Shown piece by piece: positions 50,820 through 61,410 of a DNA stretch of 64,000 bases. Source of the stretch: Hydrolagus affinis (Eukaryota); contig JAAILG010001610.1 in the NCBI GenBank assembly GCA_012026655.1, positions 1-64,000 on the forward strand. Direction: 5' to 3'. Numbering within the stretch: the first letter of the stretch is position 1; each line of letters starts with the position of its first letter. Under the pieces are notes generated by a model. The model did no database searches and had not been told where the DNA came from. It saw only the letters and a list, made by a program, of their open reading frames with translations. The position numbers were made by a program, and so were the translations under genes.

Positions 50820-51174
50820 AATAATAATTCTTGCATTTGATATAATGACTTATCATGTTGTTGAGATGAATCAAAACTCTTCCCAGAATATACTCTGAAG
50901 TAAATTGACTGTATGTTTTGTGGGCGAAGCGTGATGGCCTATTGCACACAGCAGCACAAACAGTCATGGATTGAATGACCCAATTATTATTTTATTTGGA
51001 AGGGATTATTACCCCGGTAAAGTGACCCACCAATTGACTGCCAACTGTGTTACTACTTACTGATAGGTGAACAGAAGTGTGTGGAATAAGGAAACTTGCT
51101 TAAGATTCATCCCGTCCAATAATCAAATTTAGGTTCTCTCACTTGCGAGGTGAGCACACTAACCACAGGATTCC
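50820..51174 (-). mobile_element. tRNA-derived SINE, long (older) subfamily
   Basis: Family head and tail plus an extra central segment at about 51012-51078 that is absent from short copies. Confidence 0.8.
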
Positions 51175-51639
51175 TATTTCCTCTTGTGTGATTCTTTGAA
51201 TTGATTCATTATGTTTGGATATATATCCATGATCTGAATGATATTGATCTGCACTTTATCAGCAATCCTTATCTCTTGGGCATTTGATAACCGATCGAAA
51301 CTGATTATTTCAACCTTGAGTAAATCAATTGCAATACAACACTTTGAAAGTGTTTCCTTATTATTTTTCATATGTACAAATAAGTCATGCTGAATCTTAT
51401 AAGACTTTTAGAAAAGTCCAATTTTAAAGAGGTGCATGATTGAGCATGTTAGGTTGTTAGCAGTTTAAATTTTACACTGAAGATCAGTATTTTCACTGAT
51501 GGAACTCCATCCTAGAATCCCTTCGCCTCGCTTCCTCCCTCGCCTCCTTCAAATCCGATCTCAAGACCCTCATCTTCGACCGTGCCTTCAGTAACCATCC
51601 TACCTCTTCACCCTCCCTTACCACAACCCTGTTGTTGTT

Positions 51640-52092
51640 TCAAAAGCCACATGTTAGCCTGCCTCAATTAGTAACATTCATACCTCTGGGTCAGAAGTTG
51701 TGAGTCCAAACCTCATGTTAGGAGTTTAAATTCAGCAGCTGACACTGCAGGGAAGTCCAGGTTGGGTGGGGGTGTTGGGGGGAGTTATGTATCGGTGAAG
51801 ATACTGTCTTTTGGATGGGATGCTTAACAACAGTTCCATTTGCTGTTCAGGTGAACGTTAAGGATCCCATGACACTATCTGAAGAGAGAAGAGAGTTTCT
51901 CCTGGTATCCTGGCCAACAATCCCCCAGTTAAAATTGGTCATTCACTTCATGAATATTTGTGGGACATTTCTGTAGCTAAATTGGCTACCATATTTGCCT
52001 ACAAAATATACAGTCACTGCGCTTTACAGTAACTCATGTGATATGCTTTGAAACATCCCCCTGATACGAAAAGCAACTTAGTAAATGCAAGA
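51640..52092 (+). mobile_element. Near full-length DeuSINE-like element
   Basis: tRNA-like head (CCTCTGGGTCAGAAGTTGTGAGTCC), Deu-like domain (CAGGTGAACGTTAAGGATCCCATGACACT...TCCTGGCCAACA), L2-type 3' end. Confidence 0.7.
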
Positions 52093-52357
52093 ACTTTTTT
52101 AGTTGTAAGGAAATGTAACACATCTGTAACACATCTGTGTACCTCCCACAGGGAAGGGGGAGTCAATGATGGAATGAGTGCGAGGACCTCAGCTAGAATA
52201 TTTAGTGAAGATATAGTACATTATAGTTACATTGCAATTCCTGTTGTTCCCACACTCACCGTACATTAACAATGAATCATAAAACACTGTATGTGCAAAA
52301 CTAAATAGAATCTGCAGATCTGCACTGATCATCCTTTCGTCAATGAGACATCATATT

Positions 52358-52371
52358 GCACCACCTTGTGG
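52358..52371 (-). promoter_or_regulatory. CTCF-like motif (reverse)
   Basis: Reverse complement CCACAAGGTGGTGC versus core CCASYAGRKGGCRS. Confidence 0.4.
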
Positions 52372-53127
52372 TGGCTTTCTGCCTTTAATGGTAAAGACTT
52401 GCTTTGCTCTAAGAACTGAGATCGAGATCAAACGACTTTTCATAAAATCTGATCCTTAATTACAGTATGAATAGATCCATCTATTTGGTACAAGATGCCT
52501 GATTGTTTTAACTAGTTCTTCACCAACTCTAACAGTTTGGCCAAACACGTAGCTGGTTCCAGAATTGAATGAAGCACAGGAGTTACGTTTAGGTCAATGC
52601 GTAAATAATAATATATTTGATATGGTGTCTTATATAGTGTCTTATCACGACATCTCCAAACTCTTCACTGGATATGCTGTAAAGTGAACTGACTGTATAT
52701 TTTGTGGGTGAAATGTGGCGTACATGTTTGCATCATTAAGAGATGTCATTTTTCTTTCGTTGACATTTGCTTCAAATGCAACATAGTTATGGAGGAGTTA
52801 TTGTGAATCTGGATCAACCTGGCACACTGACCATTTGTTGCCACCAATTTCCTTCATCATCTCTCTACGTTCACTCCATGACGTCACACAGTTCCACAAA
52901 TCCCAGTACATACTGCTCTGTTGTTGTTGTTGTACTGGGTTTTAGAAGCAACCTGGGTGAAGCTGGTGGATATTGTCTGCTTAAAATGGGAAACAGCTAC
53001 TGGGGGCGTATGATCATGTGGAGGCAGACACACAACTAGTGACTGTCGCCTTTGAGCTTCTCAGTTAAGTATTCACCATGAGTAAGCCCTGGCAATGAGC
53101 TCAGCAGGTGCTTGATCCTGTAATCAC

Positions 53128-53172
53128 ATGTGTGTGTGTGTGTGTGTGTGTGTGCATGTGTGTTTGTGTGTG
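53128..53172. repeat. (TG)n microsatellite
   Basis: Visible TG run. Confidence 0.9.
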
Positions 53173-53595
53173 CGGGTGTGCATAATTTAGGCCTAGGCGC
53201 TGGTATCTACATTGCTTGGCACTAAATTTAAAGAGTTGACAAACGTAAGCAGGAGAGCACAAGACCAATCGTGGACATAGATGGTTTGGGGAGTGGGCAC
53301 GTTCAATGTAGAATGTCACAAAATAGTACATTTTTTGAGGAAAAATTAAGGAATTGCCGCTATGGTAATATTCCTTTTAAAGTCTCTCTATGCTACGTTG
53401 TTAGTATGCATTACAGTACAGCAAATCATCTTTAATGTGCAAAATAGGTTGTCCACAGTTGGTTCCAGTGAATAAATCTAAGGAATTGATCTCTTAGTTG
53501 TATCTTACTGTAAGAAAGATTTGATGTAGACATTTATTTGGGGAGGACGGGTTTGCGAGGTTATGGGGAGAGAGCTGGGGAGTGGGATTAAACTG

Positions 53596-54116
53596 GGGAC
53601 ACTACTGGGGACACTACAGCCGTCTGGACTCAACATCGATTTCAGCCATTTCAGGCCATAGGAGCTTTCCCCACCTTAACCCCCACCACCTTCCCCCCAC
53701 CCCCCACTTTTTTGCCCCATCACAATCATAACTCCAGACACCCCCTGCCTCTCTGGTGTTTTGTTTTGTTCTATCACCATTAAACACCTCTTTCCCCAGT
53801 TTCGTTTAAACCCACCCCCTTCTGTTTCTCCCCCTGAAGTCGTTAACACATATTCAACCCATCAGTTAACACACTTTTTTTTTCCTTTTCCTTTGTTTTC
53901 TTTGTCTCCTTTGTCTCCATGTCCTGCCTCTTCCCCTTTAACATCCTTAAGAAACCTCTCCCTCCAAACAAGCCCCAGTTCTGATGAAGGATTGTAGACC
54001 CGAAACGTTGACTCCTTTTCCTTTCTCATGGATGCTGCCTGACCTGCTGAGTTTCCCCAGAAACTTCTGTTTTTGTTTCAGATTCCCAGCCTCTGTAGTA
54101 TTTTGTGTTTTGTTTT
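53596..54116 (+). mobile_element. Penelope-like element 3' fragment
   Basis: LGTLQPSGLNIDFSHFRP* (53605-53661) followed by a pyrimidine-rich pLTR closely matching the reverse complement of 45944-46375; imperfect TSD AGTGGGATTAAA / AGTGGGGTTAAA. Confidence 0.88.
53977..54013 (+). ncRNA. Minimal type I hammerhead ribozyme motif in PLE terminal repeat
   Basis: AGTT-CTGATGA-A-GGATT-GTA-GACCC-GAAA-CGTT-GACT; palindromic ACGU stem III; predicted cleavage after 54009; one mismatch in stem II. Confidence 0.75.
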
Positions 54117-54300
54117 AGTGGGGTTAAATTGCTCTTTTTAAAGAGCCGGCACAGACTCGATGGGCCGAATGGCCTCCTTTTGTGCCGTAAGCTTCTATGC
54201 TTCTATGTGAATATTCAGACTAGAATATATTGATTAAAAAAATTATCTTCCTCAAAGACAATTCTATTACATTTGAATCATAAAACCTCTGTTGAACAGG

Positions 54301-54314
54301 CCACTAGATGGCTC
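54301..54314 (+). promoter_or_regulatory. CTCF-like motif (forward)
   Basis: CCACTAGATGGCTC, 13/14 match to CCASYAGRKGGCRS. Confidence 0.5.
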
Positions 54315-54694
54315 CATTGTAAGCGTGTGATGATCACGTGCCTTAAATGTACGGTTTAAAATCCAATGAAATCAGCTTGAAAAATATAGAAAAATTTCAA
54401 TCGTGTTCACTCGGCTTCAATTTATACGTTTGAATGAAGTATTGCCTCAGTCCATTCTTGTTGTTTGAACAATACATAATTGTTATTCTAATTCAATGCA
54501 CTCATCTTCTCAGCAGACTTGTAAATATCTCATTGTAATTGGATTAATAGGCATTTATATTCAGCTCTGCATTTATAACAGAGCTTCTGTGATACACTTG
54601 TTTTAGAATAGGTGCGTGTACTGCAAAAATGGATTCTATTGATCTAATGTAATTCTGTCAGAATTTCATGTACCTGGCATAGAGTCCATTATAT

Positions 54695-55003
54695 TAGTAA
54701 TAATAATAATCCTTGCATTTGATATAGAGCTTTTCACGTCTTCTAGATGTCTCAAAGCGCTTCACAGAATATATGGTAAAGTGAATCGATTGTATATTTG
54801 TTGGCAAAACACGGCAGCCAATTGCGCACAGCAGTGTCCTACAAATATTTTGGGATTGAAATGACCAATTTTTTTTTTTTTTTAATGGATTATTAAAGGC
54901 GTGTGGAGTAAGGAAACTCGGCCAAGGTTTTGCCCTGCCGAGAATTGAACCCAGGTCTGTCACTTGTAAGGTGATTGTTCTAACCACTGAGCTACAGGAC
55001 TCC
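54695..55003 (-). mobile_element. Full-length tRNA-derived SINE
   Basis: Family consensus on the minus strand with (ATT)n tail. Confidence 0.92.
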
Positions 55004-55214
55004 ATATTGTCAATAAAGTGACCAATTAATTTGATTAAATGGAAAAATATATATTCTACAAAAGATGTAAAAGAAGCATTCAAAATCTATAACACAATGG
55101 GGCGGTCAGGGCATACAGTGTAACTACTAACTTTCCCTTCTAAAGGATTGTAAATAGCCATGTTTTCTCTCAGTGCAAAAATAGGAAAAATAATATTCAG
55201 GTTTAATATGAAGG

Positions 55215-55842
55215 TAGACCCTACAATCCTCCTCCACCGCCTCTCCTTCCTCCTCAACCTTCAACGCTCTGTCCTTGACTGGCTCCAGTCATATCTTTCT
55301 CACCGTCTTCACTTCATCTCTTCCAACGGCTTCTCCTCCAGCCCTCACAAGTTACATGCGGAGTTCCCCAGGGCTCTGTCCTTGGCCCCCTGCTCTTCAC
55401 CCTCTACACTCTCCCTCTGGGTGACATCATCGGCAGACATGGGGTAAATTTCCACATGTATGTGGATGACACCCAACTCTACCTTTCTGCATCCACCCTC
55501 GACTCCAGGACTATGTCTGTCCGACATTGAATCCTGGATGAGGGCCAACTTCCTCCAACTCAATGGAGGCCCACCTGATTGGCTCACGTCAGCTCCTCCG
55601 CACCTCAGGCGCTGACAACACCAGCATTCAAGGCTGCTCTCTCCACCTCTCAAAGCCAGTCAGGAATCTGGGTGTCTTGTTTGACCCCAAACTGTCCTTC
55701 CTCCCTTATATCTGCTCCAAGCCTTCCACCACCTCTGCAATATTGCCAGACTCCGCCACTGCCTCAACTGCCATGACACAGAAACACTTATACATGCCTT
55801 TGTCACATCTAGGCTCAACTCTCCTCATCGGCCTTCCAATTT
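55215..55842 (+). mobile_element. Internal L2 family A RT fragment
   Basis: [50 protein letters not shown] across frameshifts. Confidence 0.88.
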
Positions 55843-56344
55843 CTCTGTTTCTGATATTCTCAGTTGAATTAAATAAGTGCAACATCTAATATCTCTGGAA
55901 ATCAAGTGTAAGCAATAACTTTAATTGCAATGTCTTTATGTTTGCAAATGACAGTGGAAGAGACAACACTGAATTACAAAGCAGAACGAGTTTGTTCTGG
56001 TGGAGAATTGCCTTTAGAATATGATGTGATATATTTCTTCTACTCACCAGTGTGCGGGGAAATAAAAACTTGGTTTCCACCTTGGTCATTTGAACAAATT
56101 AACTTCATCGACTGTGACCTGTCATGTTCTTTGATCCAAACATCACGTTTTCTTGATCAGATGGTAATTGCTTAAGAATTAATGTCCAAATTATGTTTTG
56201 GTTCTGAAGAGTCATATTGGTTTGCTTTTCAGTGATTTCCTAAGGGTTAAAATGATGAAATATTTATGTATAAATAACGCAGAATGAGATTGTTCCTATA
56301 CCTCCAAGTATTCATTCATTTTTGACTTATGTAGGTTTTATAAA

Positions 56345-56590
56345 TGAAGTCAGTTTAGCTCCGTTGGTGATGCATTTGAATCCGGGTCAGAAGGTTATGT
56401 GTGCAAGACCCACATGGGGACTTGAACTCACAGTCTAGACTGACACGCTGGTGCAGTTCTGGGAGACTTGTGTTGTTCTTGCTTTGAGACCTTTTGGCTG
56501 CCACAGTCACTTACAAAATACACAGAAACTCCAATGTATCTTCTTTGAGACATGGTCCTGATGTGAAAGGTGCTATATCAAATGTATTTT
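56345..56590 (+). mobile_element. Internally deleted DeuSINE-like element
   Basis: Head TTAGCTCCGTTGG...GGGTCAGAAGGTTATGTGTGCAAGACCCAC...CTAGACTGACAC and L2-type end. Confidence 0.6.
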
Positions 56591-57219
56591 TAGCTTATTA
56601 CAATACACAATTAAATTTGTTTAGTGCCTTTCACGTCAGAAGGAGATTGCAAGCCACTGGATGGTCAGGGATTTGGACGTGGACTTGGGGGTGGGAATAG
56701 GGGAGGGTGGAGAGTGGCAGAAGGCTCAGTGGAAAAGGAGGGTTTTGAGATGCGCCTTGAAAATTATGAGAAGATTACTCCCATTCTGACTACTATTATA
56801 ATAAAAACCTCCCTGAGTCTAAAATTCAATTACAGTACTTCTATTGGACTTGAAGATTGTCTCTGCCTATTCAGTCTATTTTCAGTCTAATTCAGCATCT
56901 TAATTTTAACTCTTTCTGAGATTCTGCACATTTAAGTATGTAAAAATTCTAACATGTGATCTCAGTGTAGTCGGTCATGTCAGTAGCCTCATCCCACAAG
57001 TTTGTCTGCAGTGAGAACGAGGTGCCCAGGTTCAGGTCAATTTCTTGCTCAATCCTTTCTCGAATGCAGTCTCTGCCACAATTCGAGTGGAGGAAGAGAG
57101 AATGCTACTTTTGCTGTCTTGAGTGCAGGGAAACAGCCCACCAGTGGGTCTCGCAGTGAGTCAGTAGAAAGAAAAGTTAGCATTACAAACCCCCAACTAA
57201 TACAAACAAATTTGTTTAT

Positions 57220-57563
57220 GAAGTCCTGCAGCTGGTGGTTAGCGTTCTCACTTTGCATCAAGAGGCCCTGGGTTTGACCTCCAACTGGGGCAAAACCTAA
57301 GGCAGGTTCCTTACTCCACACACCCAGGTAAATAGGAATCTGGTTAGTGGATTCGCAAATCGCTTTCCGGGGATAATAATCCCTTCAACAAATAATGAGA
57401 AGGATGTGGTCAGTCAGTCCACGAATGTGTGTGGGACACTGCTGTGTGTATAGACTGCCTATAAAATATACAGTCAATTCACTTTATAGTATATTCTGTG
57501 AAGCACTTTGAGACATCTGAACAACAATAAAGCACTATATCTTAATGCTAAATTATTATTATT
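57220..57563 (+). mobile_element. tRNA-derived SINE, long subfamily, about 400 bp upstream of GPR151
   Basis: Degenerate head, GTAAATAGGAATC...GGGGATAATAATCCC central segment, (ATT)n tail. Confidence 0.8.
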
Positions 57564-57792
57564 ACAAACTTCATTCAGACTAGAAGGGACTGGAAACTTG
57601 AAATAACACATGTGGAACTTCAGATCTTAAATACTGATGTCGTAAAAAGGTTCTGATCAAATTAAGGGTGAGTTTCGTTTAAAGAAAACCTTCTCTGGAA
57701 ATCCATGCATGATTTATAAAGTAGGCAGTGGCTTAAATAGGGTTTAATTGGCCCCCTGCTTGTTACAGCGTAAGCATTAGACTTGCAAATTG

Positions 57793-57813
57793 ACCGTTAT
57801 CCATGGTGCTGAA
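57793..57813 (-). promoter_or_regulatory. RE1/NRSE (REST) element candidate
   Basis: Reverse complement TTCAGCACCATGGATAACGGT versus consensus TTCAGCACCnnGGACAGCGCC: perfect left half-site, canonical 2-nt spacer, partial right half-site. Confidence 0.6.
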
Positions 57814-57969
57814 AGCTGCTGTTTGCCTGGCTTCAAATTGCTACATTCTTGTTGTCCAGTAGCCAGAGTTCAGACGGCAAATCTCAGTTTATGAAGGGAT
57901 ATTGAACACAGGAGCGAGCGCCAGCCAGAACAGAGAATCGTTTTGCTTGTGTGGTTTTAAAGTAACGCA

Positions 57970-59250
57970 ATGGAAAAGCTTCCTCTTCAGGTCTATCATC
58001 ACCTGTACATCCCCAACAGCACCAATGATTTCATCCTCTTCGCTGGAGGGACCCAAGATATCGATTCGAGGCAGCTGAGAATTGTGATCCTAATGACTTT
58101 AGGAGTGATCTGTGTGGTAGGTTTCTCTGGGAATCTCCTGGTGCTAACCGTTCTGATTAACAACGCCAGAAAGGGCAAAACTTCGATGATAAACTCACTG
58201 ATTTTGAACCTGAGTGTGGCAGACTTGCTGATCATGCTGTTCTGTGTCCCGTTCAGAGCTGTCGCCTATTCCAAGTCCACCTGGGCTCTCGGCTGGTTTA
58301 TTTGCAAAACGGCAGATTGGTTTCTGCAATGCTGCTTGGCTGTGAAGAGTTTTACAGCGGCTGTGTTGGCCAAAGCTTGCTTCATGTACGTGACACATCC
58401 ATCCAAACAAGTGCAAATTAAGCATCACAGAATCGTGGGTCTCATCACTTCCATATGGGGAATAGCGTTCGTTCTCCCCATCCCTGACTGGCTCTACGCT
58501 ACCATGAAATATGAGACAGATAAGGTTCTGTGTGTTTTTGAAATCCCAGCGCATGCATCTGATGTTATGGCAATTTTTGCAAAGCTCTACCCCGGCTTGG
58601 TTTACTGCCTCCCCATGAGCTTTGCATTTGTTTATCACTGGAAGGCTTTCTGGAGATGCAAACGTCGAGGGACCAAGACCCAAACCTTACGGAATCAGAT
58701 CAGGGGCAGACGCTTGACTGTGATGCTGTTCAGCGTCAGTCTGACCTTAGCTGCCCTGTGGGCTCCAGAGTGGGTCACTTGGCTTTGGATGAGACACGTT
58801 CAGAAGAACGGCCCAGCGCCTCCTCCCTCCTTCACCCTGATGGCTCAAATGCTGGTCTTTACAATTTCTTCAGTCAACCCTCTCATCTTTGTCGCTGTAT
58901 CCGAGGAGTTCCGGGAAGGTTTCAAGGGCCTGTGGAAGAGAATGATTTCCAGGAAGTCTCAAAGAGCACCAGATGTTCCAGGTGCCCAATCCCAGACTAA
59001 CCCTGAAAGTGTCCCCCCTGACCCTGCCCTGCCCCAGGAGGTACAACCTGTCTGGGTTCGGGACCAAGAGGCTCCGACGAAGGAAGCATCAGACAGCCCA
59101 TCAAGTAAAACCGGTAATATCGTCCTGTCAGACATGGAACAATTTTGGCACGATAGACAGAACACACCAGGCTGCACAGAGGATGACCCAACCCCTTGGG
59201 AACATCAGAAAGATTCAGAATTGCTCCAGCCCACGGAGGCACTGGAATGA
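57970..59250 (+). CDS. GPR151: G protein-coupled receptor 151 (single-exon class A orphan GPCR, galanin-receptor-related), 426 aa
   Basis: Seven hydrophobic segments with GN, LSVADL and NPLIF; diagnostic stretches RGTKTQTLRNQIR, SEEFREG, EQFWHDR, DPTPWEH; located between PPP2R2B and TCERG1. Confidence 0.97.
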   Translation: MEKLPLQVYHHLYIPNSTNDFILFAGGTQDIDSRQLRIVILMTLGVICVVGFSGNLLVLTVLINNARKGKTSMINSLILNLSVADLLIMLFCVPFRAVAYSKSTWALGWFICKTADWFLQCCLAVKSFTAAVLAKACFMYVTHPSKQVQIKHHRIVGLITSIWGIAFVLPIPDWLYATMKYETDKVLCVFEIPAHASDVMAIFAKLYPGLVYCLPMSFAFVYHWKAFWRCKRRGTKTQTLRNQIRGRRLTVMLFSVSLTLAALWAPEWVTWLWMRHVQKNGPAPPPSFTLMAQMLVFTISSVNPLIFVAVSEEFREGFKGLWKRMISRKSQRAPDVPGAQSQTNPESVPPDPALPQEVQPVWVRDQEAPTKEASDSPSSKTGNIVLSDMEQFWHDRQNTPGCTEDDPTPWEHQKDSELLQPTEALE

Positions 59251-59404
59251 TCTAACCACCGAAGAAGGGTCAGTAACTATTGGGAGAAAAAATAAAAATA
59301 ATCGATCAATAATATCAGAGAGATTCTCCTGAAATACGTCTGAATGGGAATTTAACGTAAAAGCAGTTTTGACCATATTCAAGTTTGGGACCAAATTTTA
59401 ACAT

Positions 59405-59520
59405 GTAATAATAATAATAATCCTTGCATTTGAAGTAGCGCCTTATCATGTTCAAAGCACTTCGCAGGATATACACTGAAGTGCAGTGACTATATGTTTT
59501 GTGAGTGAAACTGTAATTAA
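59405..59520 (-). mobile_element. SINE 3' fragment in the probable GPR151 3' UTR
   Basis: (AAT)nCCTTGCATTTGA...GCACTTCGCAGGATATACACTGAAGTG. Confidence 0.75.
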
Positions 59521-60295
59521 TTCTTGGATCCATTGAGTTAACATTACATTTGACAATTTAGCTCACAATAATGATATTTAGCTGTCTAGCATTTGTTTGT
59601 AATGTATACAAAATATTAACATAGAAAAAAAAGCCTTACAAAAATGTATACTGACAAATGAGAAAACAATTAAATGTCTGCATCCGTTAAGATTCTGATA
59701 TAGTGTAGTCTTTGCTGTGTAGTATATATTCCTCTGCTGGCTTTTCACGTTTGTCAATTTTAATTTCTCTTCAAGATTGCCTTGATTGACAACTCTTCAC
59801 TTTTAAGATTGAACGTAAAGTGGATAATGACAAAATCTTTAGATGGCAACTGCCAAGATTGTAAAGTAAACTGTGTGCCTGTAGTACATTTGGAACAGAT
59901 CTGTTTTGGCAGATAAAATAGTTAAAATACCTTGACCATTGTGGCTTTTCGTGCGTATCGGTAAATAGTTTATATTGTGGGGTTTTTTCTAAGTATCCAA
60001 TTTGAATACAATAAATTTGTCCTTTGGTCAATGCCTAGAAAAATCTATCAATCTAGTCTTTCCCTTATACCTTAGGCATTTTAACGTATTTTGTGGAAGT
60101 GGAATGTGTAATCTAGTAAAACGGGGACTTGTGACAGCAGTGAGACTGAATTCCAAGGTTGTCTGTGCATTGTCAATCCACAAGTGCTGGCTTGTCGAGA
60201 CTTAATGTGACTGAATATATTAAGTGATGTTTAACTGATCTGTGTCTGTTTATGACAGTATTATCAAACGTTGCTTGTTGATGTCCTGGTTCGAA

Positions 60296-60301
60296 AATAA
60301 A
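60296..60301 (+). terminator. Candidate GPR151 polyadenylation signal
   Basis: AATAAA about 1 kb after the stop; a proximal AATAAA also lies at 59291. Confidence 0.4.
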
Positions 60302-60823
60302 ATATTATAAACCATTGTCTATGGAGAATAATGCTTCTTTGAAAACCTCAAGCTACTTTCTCAAATATAAAATATCAGCAAGTACTGCACACACCTAAAA
60401 TATTAATGTTCTGGGTGTGAACATTACTGAATTTGATGAGCAATTGTTACATTGTCCCTCACTTGAAAGGAATTAAACTTTTCCCAATGATGAAGTTCAA
60501 TGTCTCAAAGTTATGGATCACATTATTAGTCAGCGTAATTGTTTGAATAATTATGATGGAATCGTTTATCTGAATGTGTGAACCTCACCAAGTTTTAAGT
60601 AGCATGGCTTTATGGTTTTATCAGTGAAAAAATTAGAATTTTACAACATTTCATGTAAAAATTATCATATGGAACGTATTAGCAAACGGCACTAATTTCA
60701 GCCCACTATTCGTCTATAAAAAGAGGTTAATTTACTTTACGGTAAAGGAAGAGCTTTGAGACGTCCTCCCACGAAAAGGCACACTATCAAATAGAAGTAT
60801 TAAGTATTTAGGAAGAAGAATGT

Positions 60824-61410
60824 GGAGTCCAGTAGCACTCACCTCGCAAGCGAGAGTACCTGGCTTTGATTCCTGGGCAGGGTGAAATGTTGGGCAAGTT
60901 TCCTTACTCCACACTTCTACAATATAATAATCCTTGCATTTGATATAGTGCTTTTCACTTCTTCCAGATGTCTCAGAGCGCTTCACAAAATATACTGTAA
61001 AGTGGTTTGACTGTATACTTGTGGACAAATGTGGCAGCCAATTGTGCACAGCAGTGTCTCACAAACAGTCGTAGATTGAAATAACCAACTTTATTATTGT
61101 GGGGGGTTTTTGTGGGGGGTGGGGGGGAGGGGGGATTATTATTAGGCGTGTGGAGTAAGGAAACTTGCCCAAGGTTTCGCCCTGACCTGCCTGGATTTGA
61201 ACACAGGACTCACGCTTTTAAGGCGAGTACTCTAACCACTGAGCTACAGGGGCTCCACAGGACTACAGGAGCTTCTGTTCACGTAATAAATAGGAATCCA
61301 GTTGTTAGTCAGTTGGCAGATTACTTTTCTGGGGATAATAATCACTTCAAACTAAATAATAATTTGGTCACTCAATCCACAATTGTTTATGGGACCCTGC
61401 TGTGCGCAGC
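60824..61410 (+). mobile_element. Long-subfamily SINE split by an antisense short-subfamily SINE
   Basis: Head 60824-60918 ends ...CTCCACACTTCT; the body resumes at 61272 with CTTCTGTTCACGTAATAAATAGGAATCC...GGGGATAATAATC. Confidence 0.75.
60921..61256 (-). mobile_element. Full-length tRNA-derived SINE (short subfamily)
   Basis: Matches 40069-40392. Confidence 0.92.

Larger units (their letters stand above)
53515..54208 (+). mobile_element. CR1 3' UTR fragment interrupted by a Penelope insertion
   Basis: GGTTATGGGGAGAGAGCTGGGGAGTGGGATTAAA at 53560-53592 resumes at 54117 as ...AAAGAGCCGGCACAGACTCGATGGGCCGAATGGCCTCC...(CTTCTATG)2. Confidence 0.82.

Noticed and set aside
57999-59332. Overlapping and antisense ORFs within GPR151
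   Set aside because: Shadow frames of a GC-richer coding region with no recognisable protein features.
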